Assembly (NCBI GenBank): GCA_016839555.1
Contig: JAEOUA010000005.1
Span: 1-64,000 of the forward strand
DNA length: 64,000 nt
Direction of reading: 5' to 3'
From: Promethearchaeota archaeon
Lineage (GTDB): Archaea; Asgardarchaeota; Lokiarchaeia; Sigyniarchaeales; SOKP01
Shown in pieces: positions 39,244 through 50,877 of this stretch. A program made the position numbers and the translations under genes. The notes under the pieces are model-generated. The model saw only the letters and a program-made list of their open reading frames with translations, ran no database searches and was not told the DNA's origin. Each line of letters starts with the position of its first letter. The stretch's first letter is position 1.

Positions 39244-40281
39244 TTACCAGCGCCAATAAATATCCTCAGCATGACCAAGCATATTTTCGATATGGATTTT
39301 TTTTCCATCATCCAATATTATATCTCCTGAATAGAAACCATGCATTAAAGCAGAATTCAAATAGATAATACCAAAATTTAGTTTTTCTTTATGTGGAATA
39401 ATCGGTTCTATCACCATATTAAACCTGTCATCATTGCTCGTAAATTTCCATGGTTTGGTAGGATCACGATTCTCATGATGGAAAATAACCTCATCCAGCT
39501 TATGAGCTTTTCCATTATAAAAAACTATATTTTCAGTATGAGTTGCTCCTTCTTTGCTTCCCACTTGACCAAAACCATACCCAATATTAAACGCGACGGG
39601 AAGATCATTTACTTTGCCACAAGCACTTCCCCATAACCAATGTGTCTTATAGGGCCAAATTCCACGACCCCAATCCATTAATCCAAAGGATCTATCTGAT
39701 GTAAATTCATAATTCTCAGTACCAATTGTTATCTTACCTGTAGCAGGCATCATGTTAATTTTATGATTATAATAGAATAATTTGGGCTTTTCATAGCCCG
39801 TTATAACAACAGTATTATCCCATTCTGGTTTATCATCTAAAACGATGCTTCCTTCAATTCCTTTATCTAAAAATGTAGGATCATCGATAGTAAGGATTCT
39901 TTTATTCCCTTTTTTCTCTAAACTAGCATTAAAATCTTCCGTTGGGAATTCTATTAAGCTATCTTCTACTGAACTTTGGGGCAATAATTTAGCTTTCGTG
40001 AAGAATTTGAATGTACCTTTATTAAATCTTTCTTTTTTATTGAAATCAAGCCATACATAACTCATTTGTGTAAGATACCCGATATCTCCAATTGTTAATT
40101 GGATTCCAAAATCTTTATTTAAAATAGAATAATGATCCCATTCCTTTATTCTCCACCAGCTTTTTCCAATATTTTCTTTATTATATGTTATTATCGGTTT
40201 TTTTGCCCAACCCGTCTGAACAAGTGAGCCATCCTCATTAAAGAGCTTTGATGGTTCGGTTATTTCTATTTGTTTACCCAT
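39244..40281 (-). CDS. DUF2804 family protein
   Basis: GWAK, RIKEWDHY, DWGRGIWPY.THW.W, ENI..Y.GK.HKL. Confidence 0.85.
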   Translation of the reverse strand: MGKQIEITEPSKLFNEDGSLVQTGWAKKPIITYNKENIGKSWWRIKEWDHYSILNKDFGIQLTIGDIGYLTQMSYVWLDFNKKERFNKGTFKFFTKAKLLPQSSVEDSLIEFPTEDFNASLEKKGNKRILTIDDPTFLDKGIEGSIVLDDKPEWDNTVVITGYEKPKLFYYNHKINMMPATGKITIGTENYEFTSDRSFGLMDWGRGIWPYKTHWLWGSACGKVNDLPVAFNIGYGFGQVGSKEGATHTENIVFYNGKAHKLDEVIFHHENRDPTKPWKFTSNDDRFNMVIEPIIPHKEKLNFGIIYLNSALMHGFYSGDIILDDGKKIHIENMLGHAEDIYWRW

Positions 40282-40350
40282 TTTCCCAAGTATGATTTAT
40301 TTATTTATTTGTTTGATTCAATTAATATTTTGAAATTAATATAAGTTTTT

Positions 40351-41751
40351 TTATTTATACGTAATCTCTACAGTAGAGAGTTTTTTAATTGCTGGTTTCT
40401 TTTGGCTCCATAATTTTTCTGCTTTATCAACCCATGATTCAAAGTCTTCCGGTGATTCGGGGAATTTTTCATAATGGACCTTAATTTTATTTGCTAAACT
40501 ATTGGCTTTTAATAGTTTCCTAATGTTTTTGAGAGAAAGCTTCCTTGTAATCAATCCCCATAAAATCTTCATTATAAATCCCATCATTTCGCCTAAACTC
40601 ATTTCTTGCTCATATTCTTTATTTGGTTCTGGAAGCTCATCATCCTCGCCAGTTTTATAGATTAATCCCTTTTTAAGAAAATAATTCCATTCTTTTTTGG
40701 AAAAATTTAGTATTCCCGATAATTGCGTAAGTAATCCGGCAAATTTAGCCCCCTGATCCCTAAAATATTCCACATTAATATCCCATAATCTTTCTCGAGT
40801 TAAATAACCTCCTTTCTGAAGCTCCCTATCAATAATCTCCGCAGCAATCATACATAACATCCATGTCGCTGTAACTCCATGTCCAGAGAAGGGGTAAGTT
40901 ACAGCAGCTGCGTCGCCTATACATAAAAATCCATCTGCGACTAAGGAATAGGGAGGTCTTCTATATGGTGTGAAACCTCTTTCCTTTTTGATCACCTCAT
41001 AAGGGGGCAGATCAATTTGATTGAGGAAATCCTCTCGCGCAAGCCGCGCATTTTCATAGGAGCCAGGTTGCCCAACTCCAAGAATAGCCTCATCTTCACT
41101 CAGCGAAGGTCCAAACCATAAAATCCAATAAATATAGTTTGTATCTCTCTCAGGATGTGGCAAATTGGGTTTTGTCCATTTTATATATTGTAGTAAAACA
41201 TACATCACATCATACGGTCCTAATGAAAAAGTTTCGACCCCATAATCCTTAGGTAAGGAGGTTCGAACAACAGCTTTTGTTCCTGAGGCATCTACGATCA
41301 ATTTCGCGTAGTATTCCTTCATTTCTCCATTTTTAGTTGCTTTAATGCCAACTATTTTATTCTCTTGAAAAATTAGGCTTTCAAATTTAGTGGAGAATTC
41401 TAATTGAACTCCATCTGATTCTAAAATTTTATACATTTTGTTAAGAAAGGGAGTTAATCTTACGATTGATAGTAAAGCCCGTGTTTTAATCTCTGTTTCA
41501 AAATCAGGAGTAATTACCGTGGAAGTATCTCGAATTTCAATGCAATCTGGATCTTCAGGATTAAATGGCGGTAAGCCCGCTTTTTTAACTCTATCCGACT
41601 CAAAATGAATCACATCGAGTCGGTTTCCCACATCTTCTCTCTTATCTTTTTCAATAATTTTAACGGAATGACCTTTTTTCGCTAAAATCCAGCCTAAATA
41701 GGTGCCTGCCGTACCGGCGCCAATTATTAGTACATCTATACTTTCACTCAC
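40351..41751 (-). CDS. FAD-dependent oxidoreductase, geranylgeranyl reductase-like
   Basis: IIGAGTAG, VDASG, IGDAA...PFSGHG; GTG start. Confidence 0.85.
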   Translation of the reverse strand: MSESIDVLIIGAGTAGTYLGWILAKKGHSVKIIEKDKREDVGNRLDVIHFESDRVKKAGLPPFNPEDPDCIEIRDTSTVITPDFETEIKTRALLSIVRLTPFLNKMYKILESDGVQLEFSTKFESLIFQENKIVGIKATKNGEMKEYYAKLIVDASGTKAVVRTSLPKDYGVETFSLGPYDVMYVLLQYIKWTKPNLPHPERDTNYIYWILWFGPSLSEDEAILGVGQPGSYENARLAREDFLNQIDLPPYEVIKKERGFTPYRRPPYSLVADGFLCIGDAAAVTYPFSGHGVTATWMLCMIAAEIIDRELQKGGYLTRERLWDINVEYFRDQGAKFAGLLTQLSGILNFSKKEWNYFLKKGLIYKTGEDDELPEPNKEYEQEMSLGEMMGFIMKILWGLITRKLSLKNIRKLLKANSLANKIKVHYEKFPESPEDFESWVDKAEKLWSQKKPAIKKLSTVEITYK

Positions 41752-41890
41752 TTTTTAATTCACATCTTTCTGTATTAAAATCATTTAATCTAATATTATA
41801 ATCCTAAATTATAAATAATATTTAAATGTTAAAAAATTAAAGAATTACATGGACAATTTATAAAAAATAAACCTAATTTGTATATTAACA

Positions 41891-42907
41891 ATGCAAGAAA
41901 AAATTACAGAAAAAACACATATACTTGATGAACAAGGGCATGTAATTCGTCCTGGCTGGTCGAATAGAGATGTATTTATTTATGAACGTGAAAAAATTGC
42001 GAAAAGCAGTTTGCGAATTAAGGAATGGGATTACTGGGAAGTTTTTAATGACCAAGCCCGTGTAATCTTTAATATCTATGATATTGGTTATCTAGGAGTT
42101 GCGGAATATTCTATTCTTGATTTTAATACCAAGGAGTCATATCATGCACAGAGTACACGGCTATTTACACGGGGATCTATTGGGTCTCCTTCTTCTTGGC
42201 AATATGATGAACCATTGGTATTTAAAAAGAAGAAGAATACCATGATATTTGACCGAAATGGAGATAACATCCTTCTTTCTGTGGATTTTCAAAAGGAAGG
42301 TATTAAGGGGGAATTTACATTATATAAAGATCCAAAAATGGATATTATGGTAAATCTTATTCCTTTTGAGGATCCGCGACAGTTCGTATATGTGGTTAAA
42401 ATAATGTGTATGCCAGCAAAAGGAGAGATCACTAAAAAAAATAAGAAATATGTATTTAATGAATCAAATAATAGCTGGGGAATATTAGACTGGACTCGTG
42501 CAGTTTTTCCCTATAAAAATCATTGGAAATGGAGTGTTTCTTCAGGAAAAGTAAATGGTGTTAACTTCGGATTTAATCTGGACTATGGTTTTGGGACGGA
42601 ATCTAGTAAAAGTATGATATTCTACGATGGCGTGGGGCATCATTTAGATGAAGTGTATTATCAGCATGATAAGAAAAATCTTAAAAAGCCACTTAAAATT
42701 ACGAGTCCTGATGATCGTGTCAATTTAGTGCTTAAGCCCAAATGCGTGGATAAACACAGTATTAATTATGGAATTTTATATATGAAAGGATTTAATACGT
42801 ATGGATATTTCACAGGGGAGGTTGTTCTTGATGATGGGACTGTTGTAGAAATAAAGGAAAAAGATAAACTCTTTGGATGGGCTGAAGAGTTCTCTCAAAA
42901 ATGGTAA
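41891..42907 (+). CDS. DUF2804 family protein (paralog)
   Basis: RIKEWDYW, DWTRAVFPYKNHWKW; divergent from the oxidoreductase. Confidence 0.85.
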   Translation: MQEKITEKTHILDEQGHVIRPGWSNRDVFIYEREKIAKSSLRIKEWDYWEVFNDQARVIFNIYDIGYLGVAEYSILDFNTKESYHAQSTRLFTRGSIGSPSSWQYDEPLVFKKKKNTMIFDRNGDNILLSVDFQKEGIKGEFTLYKDPKMDIMVNLIPFEDPRQFVYVVKIMCMPAKGEITKKNKKYVFNESNNSWGILDWTRAVFPYKNHWKWSVSSGKVNGVNFGFNLDYGFGTESSKSMIFYDGVGHHLDEVYYQHDKKNLKKPLKITSPDDRVNLVLKPKCVDKHSINYGILYMKGFNTYGYFTGEVVLDDGTVVEIKEKDKLFGWAEEFSQKW

Positions 42908-43338
42908 TTTTTATCTTTCTGATTTTTTTTTTATTATAATCAATAGCATATTGAAATGAGTTTTTTGGGTTTCATATGATCTTATATTTTTTTATTTTTT
43001 TTTAAACACATTAATTTTCTATGTTCAATTAATGATAAATAAAACTATCTATTAAGATTCTCATCACTTAATTTTGCTTGCCTACAAATATTTTTTATTG
43101 ATCTTTTACCCGGAGTTCATTTTACATCTTAAACTGTACTCTGAAGCCTGTAGGCATTTTAAACCCGATTAACACGTAATATACGGTAAAGTAGATATTT
43201 TGGGCTCAATTCGAGAGCTGCTATCACATCGATTAGGATCGTTTATTCCGATATTAAACAATAAACTATAAATAATAATTAAACAATTTAAATAGTAATT
43301 TTTAAAAATAAAAAAATTCTCATTAATGGAATAAAAAA

Positions 43339-44799
43339 ATGAAGAAAAAAGAAAAAGAAGTATATGAACATTCAAAACCCATTATGGCAAGCTATGGATC
43401 AAGAGAGATGTTCGGGCAATTTATCACAGCCGCATTTGGATTTAATGTGCTATTTTATTATGAGTCTGTTATAGGATTAAGTTCAATATATGTCATGCTG
43501 GGTTTCATCATTTATAGCGTGTGGAATGCTGTGAATGATCCTTTGGTTGGATATATCATGGAAAGAATAAAAATGCCCTGGGAAAAAACTAAGGGATATC
43601 GTAGAATTCCATGGATATTTATTGCCGCAATACCATGGCTGTTTTCGTATTTTTTGATTTATCTGGTACCCGCAGAATGGGATCCGACTATAGATGCTTC
43701 TTACAATCTTCCAGTATTTTTATGGTATATGATCTCTATGTTAATATACGATACGTTGTTAACAATATATGATGTGAATGCCGTTTCACTTTATCCAGTG
43801 AAATTTAGAGGACTTAATGAACGTAGAACAGTTCAGGGTTTTGGAACGATATTAGGGATAGTTGGCTTGGTGCTTGCTGTAGTTTTGCCGTCATTATTTA
43901 TAGATCAAGCCATCGCATCAACTTATGTATTAGCAGCCTTGGTAAGTGTGGCGTTTGGACTCGTATTTTTTATTTTGATATTACCTGGTGTCTGGGAAAC
44001 TAAAAAAATGAGAGAGGAGAATAAAGAAAGGGTATTGGAACCAGAGAAAGCAGAAGTTGATACCTTTTTTAAAGAAACATTTAAGGCAGTTAAGGAACAT
44101 AGATTTATGATGAAAGTATTGTTCTTTTATGGGTACCAGGTGGCTGCAGTAATGATACAAAATTCTGCCCGCTATGTCATAGCATATGTAATTGGAGAAA
44201 CGGGAGAAGCAGCAGATTTTTCATTTATACTCCTTTTAGGATTTATGTTGTTAGGTGCGTTAATATCTGTTCCTTTATGGACCATCTTATCAAAACGAGT
44301 AAATAATAATAGGAAAATGAGTCTAGCTGCTGGAATCTTTATGTTTCTGACATTTCTCCCTATGATTTTCATGGATGTGATGTGGGGATGGATGATAACC
44401 CTTCTATTTTTTGGAATTGGATTAGGAGGACAATGGTTTATGGATCCTCCCACGATGGGCGATGTGCTTGATGATATTGCGGTAAGAGCTGGTAAGAGAC
44501 AACAATCAATCTATTATGGATTCCAGGCACTCTTTATAAGGCTTGGCTACGCAACAATAGTAATTACTATTACATTAGTCCATATTCTCACTGGTTTTGT
44601 TGAGGGTGCTCCAACTTACGCAGAATTAGTCCAACTAAGTCCAACTCCAGAATTAGCAATCTTTGGGATTCGAATTCACTCTGCCATTGTTCCCGCAATT
44701 ATCGTAATTATTACAGTTATTCTTTTCTGGAAATATTATGACTTAACGCCTGAGAAGGTTGCTGAAAATAAAAAAAAGCTGAAAGAAATGAATTTATAG
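43339..44799 (+). CDS. MFS transporter, glycoside-pentoside-hexuronide (MFS_2) family
   Basis: WNAVNDPLVG, RRIPW; about 12 TM helices. Confidence 0.9.
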   Translation: MKKKEKEVYEHSKPIMASYGSREMFGQFITAAFGFNVLFYYESVIGLSSIYVMLGFIIYSVWNAVNDPLVGYIMERIKMPWEKTKGYRRIPWIFIAAIPWLFSYFLIYLVPAEWDPTIDASYNLPVFLWYMISMLIYDTLLTIYDVNAVSLYPVKFRGLNERRTVQGFGTILGIVGLVLAVVLPSLFIDQAIASTYVLAALVSVAFGLVFFILILPGVWETKKMREENKERVLEPEKAEVDTFFKETFKAVKEHRFMMKVLFFYGYQVAAVMIQNSARYVIAYVIGETGEAADFSFILLLGFMLLGALISVPLWTILSKRVNNNRKMSLAAGIFMFLTFLPMIFMDVMWGWMITLLFFGIGLGGQWFMDPPTMGDVLDDIAVRAGKRQQSIYYGFQALFIRLGYATIVITITLVHILTGFVEGAPTYAELVQLSPTPELAIFGIRIHSAIVPAIIVIITVILFWKYYDLTPEKVAENKKKLKEMNL

Positions 44800-44865
44800 A
44801 TAAAATATTAAATATCTTTATTTTTATTTTCTATTTTTTGTTGAGCTATAAGACTCTTAATTAAA

Positions 44866-45462
44866 TTATGGTTTAAACCATTCGAAGAAATAATAACTTG
44901 TTGTAGAAGGATTTGCGATCACAAACTTCTTTCTAACGGATGTGGCTAATCTACCCGCCCGAACAATGCCGACCGCACTGATGCTTGAGTCATGAGGGAG
45001 CACGTGTACGATAAACGGGGAATGTTCTAATCCTGGACCCTTTTTATACACTACAAAATCAGCTCCAAATTTTAAACCTGGACGGGGTATGTATCCTTTT
45101 TCTCTTAAATCTTTGTAAATGATATATTTCTCTTCAAATTTATCGTGAATTTGTACTGCTTGTTCATAAAATTCTTCTGCTGTTAAGTTTTTTCCTTCAG
45201 CATTAGAAATTGAGATCCTTCCCTTTTTAAGTAAATAATAAGCCTCAATGAGCGATAATTCGGAAGGTTTTGAAAAATATTCTAATTTAGGCTTGCTAAT
45301 TCCCAATGGAGCTCCGAAAAACTTTTCTTTCACATATAGATAAGAAGCATAGAGGGGATTAAATACCACTACTCTTGAATTCACAAATTTAGCAGGAATT
45401 TGTTTTGGAATATCTTTTTCATCAATCTCATCCAATACTATCTCTTTTCCTTCTTCGGTCAT
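44866..45462 (-). CDS. endA: tRNA-intron (splicing) endonuclease, catalytic subunit
   Basis: LSLIEAYYL, YKDLREKGY, GLKFGADFVVY..GPG.EHS, RLATSVRKK (Tyr/His/Lys triad). Confidence 0.93.
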   Translation of the reverse strand: MTEEGKEIVLDEIDEKDIPKQIPAKFVNSRVVVFNPLYASYLYVKEKFFGAPLGISKPKLEYFSKPSELSLIEAYYLLKKGRISISNAEGKNLTAEEFYEQAVQIHDKFEEKYIIYKDLREKGYIPRPGLKFGADFVVYKKGPGLEHSPFIVHVLPHDSSISAVGIVRAGRLATSVRKKFVIANPSTTSYYFFEWFKP

Positions 45463-45810
45463 CTTTCGAGGTCTAGTTATTTGATTGTATTAATTATTTT
45501 CATTTAAATAAAATTAAACCCAATTTGGCTTTTAATTCGAGTATTATTTATTGATGCGTATTTGATAATTTATAATAAAGATATCCTTTTGAAACTTAGC
45601 TAAGGAAACACATAACTTTAAAATCTAAAAAAGACTAATTAAGAATGATTAATCAATTTATCCATAAGTTATAAATTAAACAAAATTAAGATAATTTTTA
45701 AAAAATTAATATTATTAAGTTATTTTAAAAAAATATATATACATCTAAAAATCATTAAATTAGTAGAAATATATATAAAGTATCAAGAAAAAAAATTACC
45801 GTGAAAAAGA

Positions 45811-46698
45811 ATGGTTGAAATTAGAAGAGCTATTCACGCAGGCACTTGGTATCCCCGATTTGAGCCAGATTTAATTAATACGATGGATGAGTTATTTTCT
45901 AATCAAGAATTTGGTCCAGGAGAAAAACCTTCTGTATTAAATCAAAAACGAACAATAATTGGAGGGGTTACGCCTCATGCTGGGTATGCATATTCTGGAT
46001 GTTGTGCAGCACATACGTATTTAAATCTTTTTAAAGAAACAATTCCCGATACAGTTATTATCTTGGGAACAGATCACCAAGGATATGGCAAAATAGGTTT
46101 AATGAAAGAAGGTATATGGGAAACACCGTTAGGAAATTTAAATATAGATTCTGAGTTAGCTACTCAAATCTTAAACAATTCTGATCAAATAATAGAAGAT
46201 AATTCTGCTTTTATAGGATTCCCGAATGAAAACGAACATAATATTGAAATCCAATTGCCTTTTATAAAGTATTGTTCAAAAGATAAAGAGGTGAAAATCC
46301 TTCCCATTAAGATCGCCGTTACAAAAGATTTTAAGCTTATGGATGAAATTGCTACTGATATTTCAAAATCCCTATCTCAACTTGATAAAGATATTATAAT
46401 TCTTGCATCTTCAGATATGTCTCATAAAAATGTAAATGGAGCTTCAGAATTAAAAAAATTTAAAACATATGATGAAGAAGTATTAGAAAATTTAGTAGCG
46501 ATTGACCCAAAAAAAACACTGAAAGCTTGTTTAAACACTACTGTGTGTGGACCCCAAACTATAACAACACTATTATTAACTTGCCAAAAGCTAGGTGTCG
46601 ATAAAGCAAAAGCCTTAAAATATTATACCAGCCATGATATCACTGGTAAGACGTCTGGTTATTGCGTTGGCTACTTATCGGCAATAATAATTAAATAA
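45811..46698 (+). CDS. MEMO1 family protein (AmmeMemoRadiSam protein B)
   Basis: AGTWYP, PHAGYAYSG, EHNIEIQLPF, SSDMSH, CG, VGY. Confidence 0.92.
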   Translation: MVEIRRAIHAGTWYPRFEPDLINTMDELFSNQEFGPGEKPSVLNQKRTIIGGVTPHAGYAYSGCCAAHTYLNLFKETIPDTVIILGTDHQGYGKIGLMKEGIWETPLGNLNIDSELATQILNNSDQIIEDNSAFIGFPNENEHNIEIQLPFIKYCSKDKEVKILPIKIAVTKDFKLMDEIATDISKSLSQLDKDIIILASSDMSHKNVNGASELKKFKTYDEEVLENLVAIDPKKTLKACLNTTVCGPQTITTLLLTCQKLGVDKAKALKYYTSHDITGKTSGYCVGYLSAIIIK

Positions 46699-46755
46699 AT
46701 TTAATAATCATAAACAAGATATTTTTACTATAAAAATCACAAGAGGAAAACAAAT

Positions 46756-47307
46756 ATGAGTTTTTTAACCAATTATCGAAAAAAGATGGAAGAAGAAATG
46801 AAAAAACCTTCGCTTATAGAAGAAACAATAGAAAAACTTAAAAAAATTACCGAAGAAAGGGATAACCTGAAGCAAAAACTTAATGAATATGAACAAAATG
46901 TCGATGAAACTGAAAAATTAGAAAAAGAAAAGACTCAACTTAAAAAGGAAATTGAAGCTTTAAAAAATCAATTAGAGGAAAAAAATACAAATATCTTAGA
47001 TAAAATCGACCAAATTAAAGAGAAAAATGAAAAAATTGAGAAATTAACTATTAAAATTGATAAATTTGAATCTCAAATGATTACTGTAGATGAAAAAATG
47101 AAGGATTTACTTAATAAATTCGAAGAGACAAAAAGAGAAAATGAGAAATTGAAAGAAGATTTATTAAATCAAAAAATAGAGAGTGCAAAAGCTCAAGAAG
47201 GACAAGTTTCTGGCTTAATTGACACCTTACAACTCAAAATTATAAAATTAGAGAGAGAGATAAACGAAAAAAATTTAATGATTGAACAATTAAAGGCTAG
47301 TAAATGA
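46756..47307 (+). CDS. coiled-coil protein
   Basis: E/K-rich heptads throughout. Confidence 0.75.
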   Translation: MSFLTNYRKKMEEEMKKPSLIEETIEKLKKITEERDNLKQKLNEYEQNVDETEKLEKEKTQLKKEIEALKNQLEEKNTNILDKIDQIKEKNEKIEKLTIKIDKFESQMITVDEKMKDLLNKFEETKRENEKLKEDLLNQKIESAKAQEGQVSGLIDTLQLKIIKLEREINEKNLMIEQLKASK

Positions 47308-48296
47308 TTAAGAAATTGCATAAACAAAACTTCACTTCTCTTTTTTTTGTGGGGCATATTGCCATTGATGAAGTTTTAAAGGAAAATAAACCTCATAAGC
47401 CTAATGAGCAATTAGGAGGCTCAGTAAGTTATTGCTCCTTATCTTTAAAAAAATATTCTGAAAAGGTAAAAATATGTATTATTTCTAATTTTAATGATTC
47501 TGCTTCTTATAATTCAATATTACAATTATTTGATCATAAAAATATTATCTTAGATGGAATAAAACATTTAGATACTAATAATACAAGATTTGTTTTAGAT
47601 TATTATAATCATTCTCGTACATTGATGTTAAAATCTCGATGTCCCGACTTAAAATTTAAAGAGATCCCAAACAAACTTTTAAATGCGAATCCAGATGCCA
47701 TTGTGCTGGTACCTTTATGTAATGAAATATCATATGAATATATTTCAAAAATGGTCCAAAACTTCCCGAATGCGTATTATGGAATAGATATTCAAGGATT
47801 TATTAGGAGTATTGATGAGAATGGACATGTTTCACTTGTTCGCAATAAGGAAAATATTACCATAATGCATCGTATAATAGAATTGTTAGGAGATCGGCTT
47901 ATTCTAAAAGGTTCTGAAGAGGAAATGAAAATTCTCTCTGGTAAGCAAGATTGGAATGAAGTTATGCATTATTTTCAACAATTTAAGGGAATTTCTATAA
48001 TGACCTTGGGGGAAAAAGGTTCAATGATCACCAAAAAAGGAGAGGGAATTTTGAAAATTCCAGCATTTAAACCAAAGCGAGTACAAGATGAAACTGGTGC
48101 GGGAGATATATATTTAGCAATCTTTCTTTATGAATTTATTAATTCTCCTAAAACTTGGCAAGCTATTGAAAAAGCAGGGCATCTTGCATCTGCTGCTGCA
48201 TCTTTTGAAATAGAAAAAAAAGGAGTTAAGGGATTTGTAGCTAAGAATAGAGTATTACAAAGAGTAAATAAAAAGAATTATCTAAATAATTATTAA
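47304..48296 (+). CDS. PfkB/ribokinase family carbohydrate kinase
   Basis: GHIAID, LGGS, DIQG, TLGEKG, DETGAGD. Confidence 0.9.
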   Translation: MIKKLHKQNFTSLFFVGHIAIDEVLKENKPHKPNEQLGGSVSYCSLSLKKYSEKVKICIISNFNDSASYNSILQLFDHKNIILDGIKHLDTNNTRFVLDYYNHSRTLMLKSRCPDLKFKEIPNKLLNANPDAIVLVPLCNEISYEYISKMVQNFPNAYYGIDIQGFIRSIDENGHVSLVRNKENITIMHRIIELLGDRLILKGSEEEMKILSGKQDWNEVMHYFQQFKGISIMTLGEKGSMITKKGEGILKIPAFKPKRVQDETGAGDIYLAIFLYEFINSPKTWQAIEKAGHLASAAASFEIEKKGVKGFVAKNRVLQRVNKKNYLNNY

Positions 48297-48328
48297 GAAA
48301 GTAATAATTAACACTCAAAAAGCTTTAT

Positions 48329-48919
48329 ATGCAAATAAATAATCACTTCGCTATTGGACTAATTCTTGCCTCAATAACTCATTATTTTTTTGATTTTACT
48401 CTTCTTGAATTTAGTATGATTTGTTTTTTTTCGTTTGTGAGCGATTTTGATGTAATTTTCACTAAATTTGCAATAGACCAGAATCATAGAAATTTATTTA
48501 CTCATTCAATAATTCCGAGTATAATAATTATTATAATTGGAGTTCTGATAAATTGGATCGCTTTAATTATAAGTGGGATTTCATATTTTATACATATACT
48601 AGTAGATACTTTTGATTGGGGAACTAATTTATTTTATTTTGGTCATCGAAATGTTGGTTTACGCTTATTAATTTCAAAAGAAGAGCAAGAAAATCTTATT
48701 TTCTATTTAGGTCAATATAAAAATCCTGCATCTTTTTTTGATTTCAAACGGTATAGAAGTAAGATTTGGCTTTCTATGAATGTTATTATCTTTTTATTAA
48801 TGATGATTTTTGTTCTTATTTATGCTCTTGAATATAGCTATTTAATTTCTTTTTATTTTATTAGTTTATTTTTCCACCTTTATAGACATTTTCATTTAAA
48901 GAAAATTGAAGCATCTTAA
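48329..48919 (+). CDS. membrane-bound metal-dependent hydrolase (YdjM-like)
   Basis: H near the N-terminus, DFD, HR..FTHS, HILVD. Confidence 0.8.
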   Translation: MQINNHFAIGLILASITHYFFDFTLLEFSMICFFSFVSDFDVIFTKFAIDQNHRNLFTHSIIPSIIIIIIGVLINWIALIISGISYFIHILVDTFDWGTNLFYFGHRNVGLRLLISKEEQENLIFYLGQYKNPASFFDFKRYRSKIWLSMNVIIFLLMMIFVLIYALEYSYLISFYFISLFFHLYRHFHLKKIEAS

Positions 48920-49014
48920 ATTAATTGAATTTATATAATCTCTATATTTAGTAAAACAATACATTGTTTTTAATTTATGATACAATGTAGACCTAATTAA
49001 CTAAGTAGTTAAAA

Positions 49015-49740
49015 TTAGAAAAGATAAGTTTTTCCAACTATTCCCATTGATGCCTTTTCTTTAAATTGTCGTTCATAAGTTTTCACATGGGTAGTACAAT
49101 GACACAAAATGATGTTTTGTAGTTTAGGATATAATTTCTCTGCTTCTTGGATAGAGAATCTAAAACCATGCAAGCCCCCTATAATAGATAAATGGGAATT
49201 TGGTGGAATGGTCAGTTTTTTTTGTTCATTTAAAAATGTAGTTAATCCAGGATGGCAACAACCAGTGATGAGGACATAAGAATCTTTTTGCTCATTTTTA
49301 AGAAAACACGCATGTTCGTCAATTCCCCCGTAATCATTAGAATAATAGGGGTTTGTAATAATTATATTATTTGAGATTTGATATAATTTTCCCCTCTGAT
49401 TTATAAATCTTTTATTTTCTTCTGGAACTTGAAATCCCATAAAGCTAACTTTTCTATCCCAATCTCTATGAATATATACAGGAATGGTTTCATTTTCTTG
49501 CAGTATTCCTGGAAGTCCATCTGTATGATCATCATGATTATGACTTAAAATTACACAATCTAAATCTTTTGGGGTATAGCCTAAGACTTTAAGATTGTAT
49601 AATAAAGGTTTCGAATTACTTCCTGTATCAAATAAAATTTTTTTGTTATCTATTTCAATAAGAGCTGAAAATCCATAAGATTTAATAAAACCTTGAGCAG
49701 ATGCATTTAAATTGTCCACTAAAATAGTAATTTTAAACAT
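49015..49740 (-). CDS. metallo-beta-lactamase fold hydrolase
   Basis: FDTG, SHNHDDHTDG, GCCHPG, GGLH, CHCT. Confidence 0.9.
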   Translation of the reverse strand: MFKITILVDNLNASAQGFIKSYGFSALIEIDNKKILFDTGSNSKPLLYNLKVLGYTPKDLDCVILSHNHDDHTDGLPGILQENETIPVYIHRDWDRKVSFMGFQVPEENKRFINQRGKLYQISNNIIITNPYYSNDYGGIDEHACFLKNEQKDSYVLITGCCHPGLTTFLNEQKKLTIPPNSHLSIIGGLHGFRFSIQEAEKLYPKLQNIILCHCTTHVKTYERQFKEKASMGIVGKTYLF

Positions 49741-49765
49741 TTTTTCTCTGCTTATATGGTTTTAA

Positions 49766-50776
49766 TTAATCAGTTATTCCTTCATCAACAATACTAAATA
49801 CAGCATCGGCTTCTGGAAGATGAGGGGCATCAATAACCTTAGCTACTCTCTGTTCTCCTTTACCTTTTCTCAGATATACACGAATTGTAGCCCCGTGAGC
49901 GACGATATTACCTCCCGTTGCGCCAATTGGATTCCCATAAAATACGTTAGGATTCGCCGATACTTGATTAGTGAACACAATTGCTAATTCATCATATGTC
50001 TCACTCAATCGTAATAGATCATGAATATGATTGTTTAATATTTGTTGTCGATTTGCAAGAGTACCTCTCCCAATATATTCGCTTCTAAAATGCGTTATGA
50101 TGGAATCAACTATTATAAGTTTTATATTACTTTTTTCGATAATTTTTGGAGCTTCTCTTACTAATAATATTTGGTGATCGCTGTTATATGCTCGACCCAC
50201 AGTAATACCATTTAAAATATTATTATAATCTAAATCCTTTCCCTCTGCCATATCTATTATTCGTTCTGGTCTAAAGGTACCCTCTGAATCTATATATAAT
50301 GCATTTCCTTCAAGCCCCCCTTGTTCATAAGGCAATTGCACATTGACACATAATTGATGGGCTAATTGTGTCTTTCCCGTTCTATATTCACCGAATAACT
50401 CGGTAAGCGCTCCTGTTTCTATTCCTCCTCCTAATAATTCATCTAAATTGCTACTCCCCGTAGTTAATTTTTTCAATTCTCTCCTTTTATTCCATATCGC
50501 TTTTGCGGATTTAAAACCCATCTTCTCAACATCTTGTGCGGCTTTGATAATATTTAATGATGTCTTTTCTCCTAATCCCACTTCTTCTTGTAATTTTATT
50601 AAGGGATACAAAGCAAGAGAACGTACACTTGTGATTCCTGCGTCTAGTAATTTCTGTAAGGTAGCCTCTCCAACACCTGGTAAATCCTCAAGCTTATATT
50701 CTTTCTTTTTTTGTTCGGAATCTTTTTCTGAATTAGATTTTTTTTCAGATTCAGAATTGTCCTCAGAATTGGTCAT
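49766..50776 (-). CDS. radA: DNA repair and recombination protein RadA
   Basis: N-terminal HhH LPGVG, GF polymerisation motif, [31 protein letters not shown]. Confidence 0.97.
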   Translation of the reverse strand: MTNSEDNSESEKKSNSEKDSEQKKKEYKLEDLPGVGEATLQKLLDAGITSVRSLALYPLIKLQEEVGLGEKTSLNIIKAAQDVEKMGFKSAKAIWNKRRELKKLTTGSSNLDELLGGGIETGALTELFGEYRTGKTQLAHQLCVNVQLPYEQGGLEGNALYIDSEGTFRPERIIDMAEGKDLDYNNILNGITVGRAYNSDHQILLVREAPKIIEKSNIKLIIVDSIITHFRSEYIGRGTLANRQQILNNHIHDLLRLSETYDELAIVFTNQVSANPNVFYGNPIGATGGNIVAHGATIRVYLRKGKGEQRVAKVIDAPHLPEADAVFSIVDEGITD

Positions 50777-50877
50777 AATCTTATTTTATAATTAATAATT
50801 AGATTCTCTATTCTTATATTATAAACCAAAATATAAAAATAATAATTAAAAAAATAAATTAATCAAAAAAACGGAAA

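Noticed and set aside
43081-43260. Slightly GC-richer spacer with small hairpins (GCCT-GT-AGGC, GCTC-N7-GAGC) as an ncRNA, and ORF 43169-43375
   Set aside because: Stems are only 4 bp and match no family I recognise; the ORF is low-complexity and overlaps the MFS start
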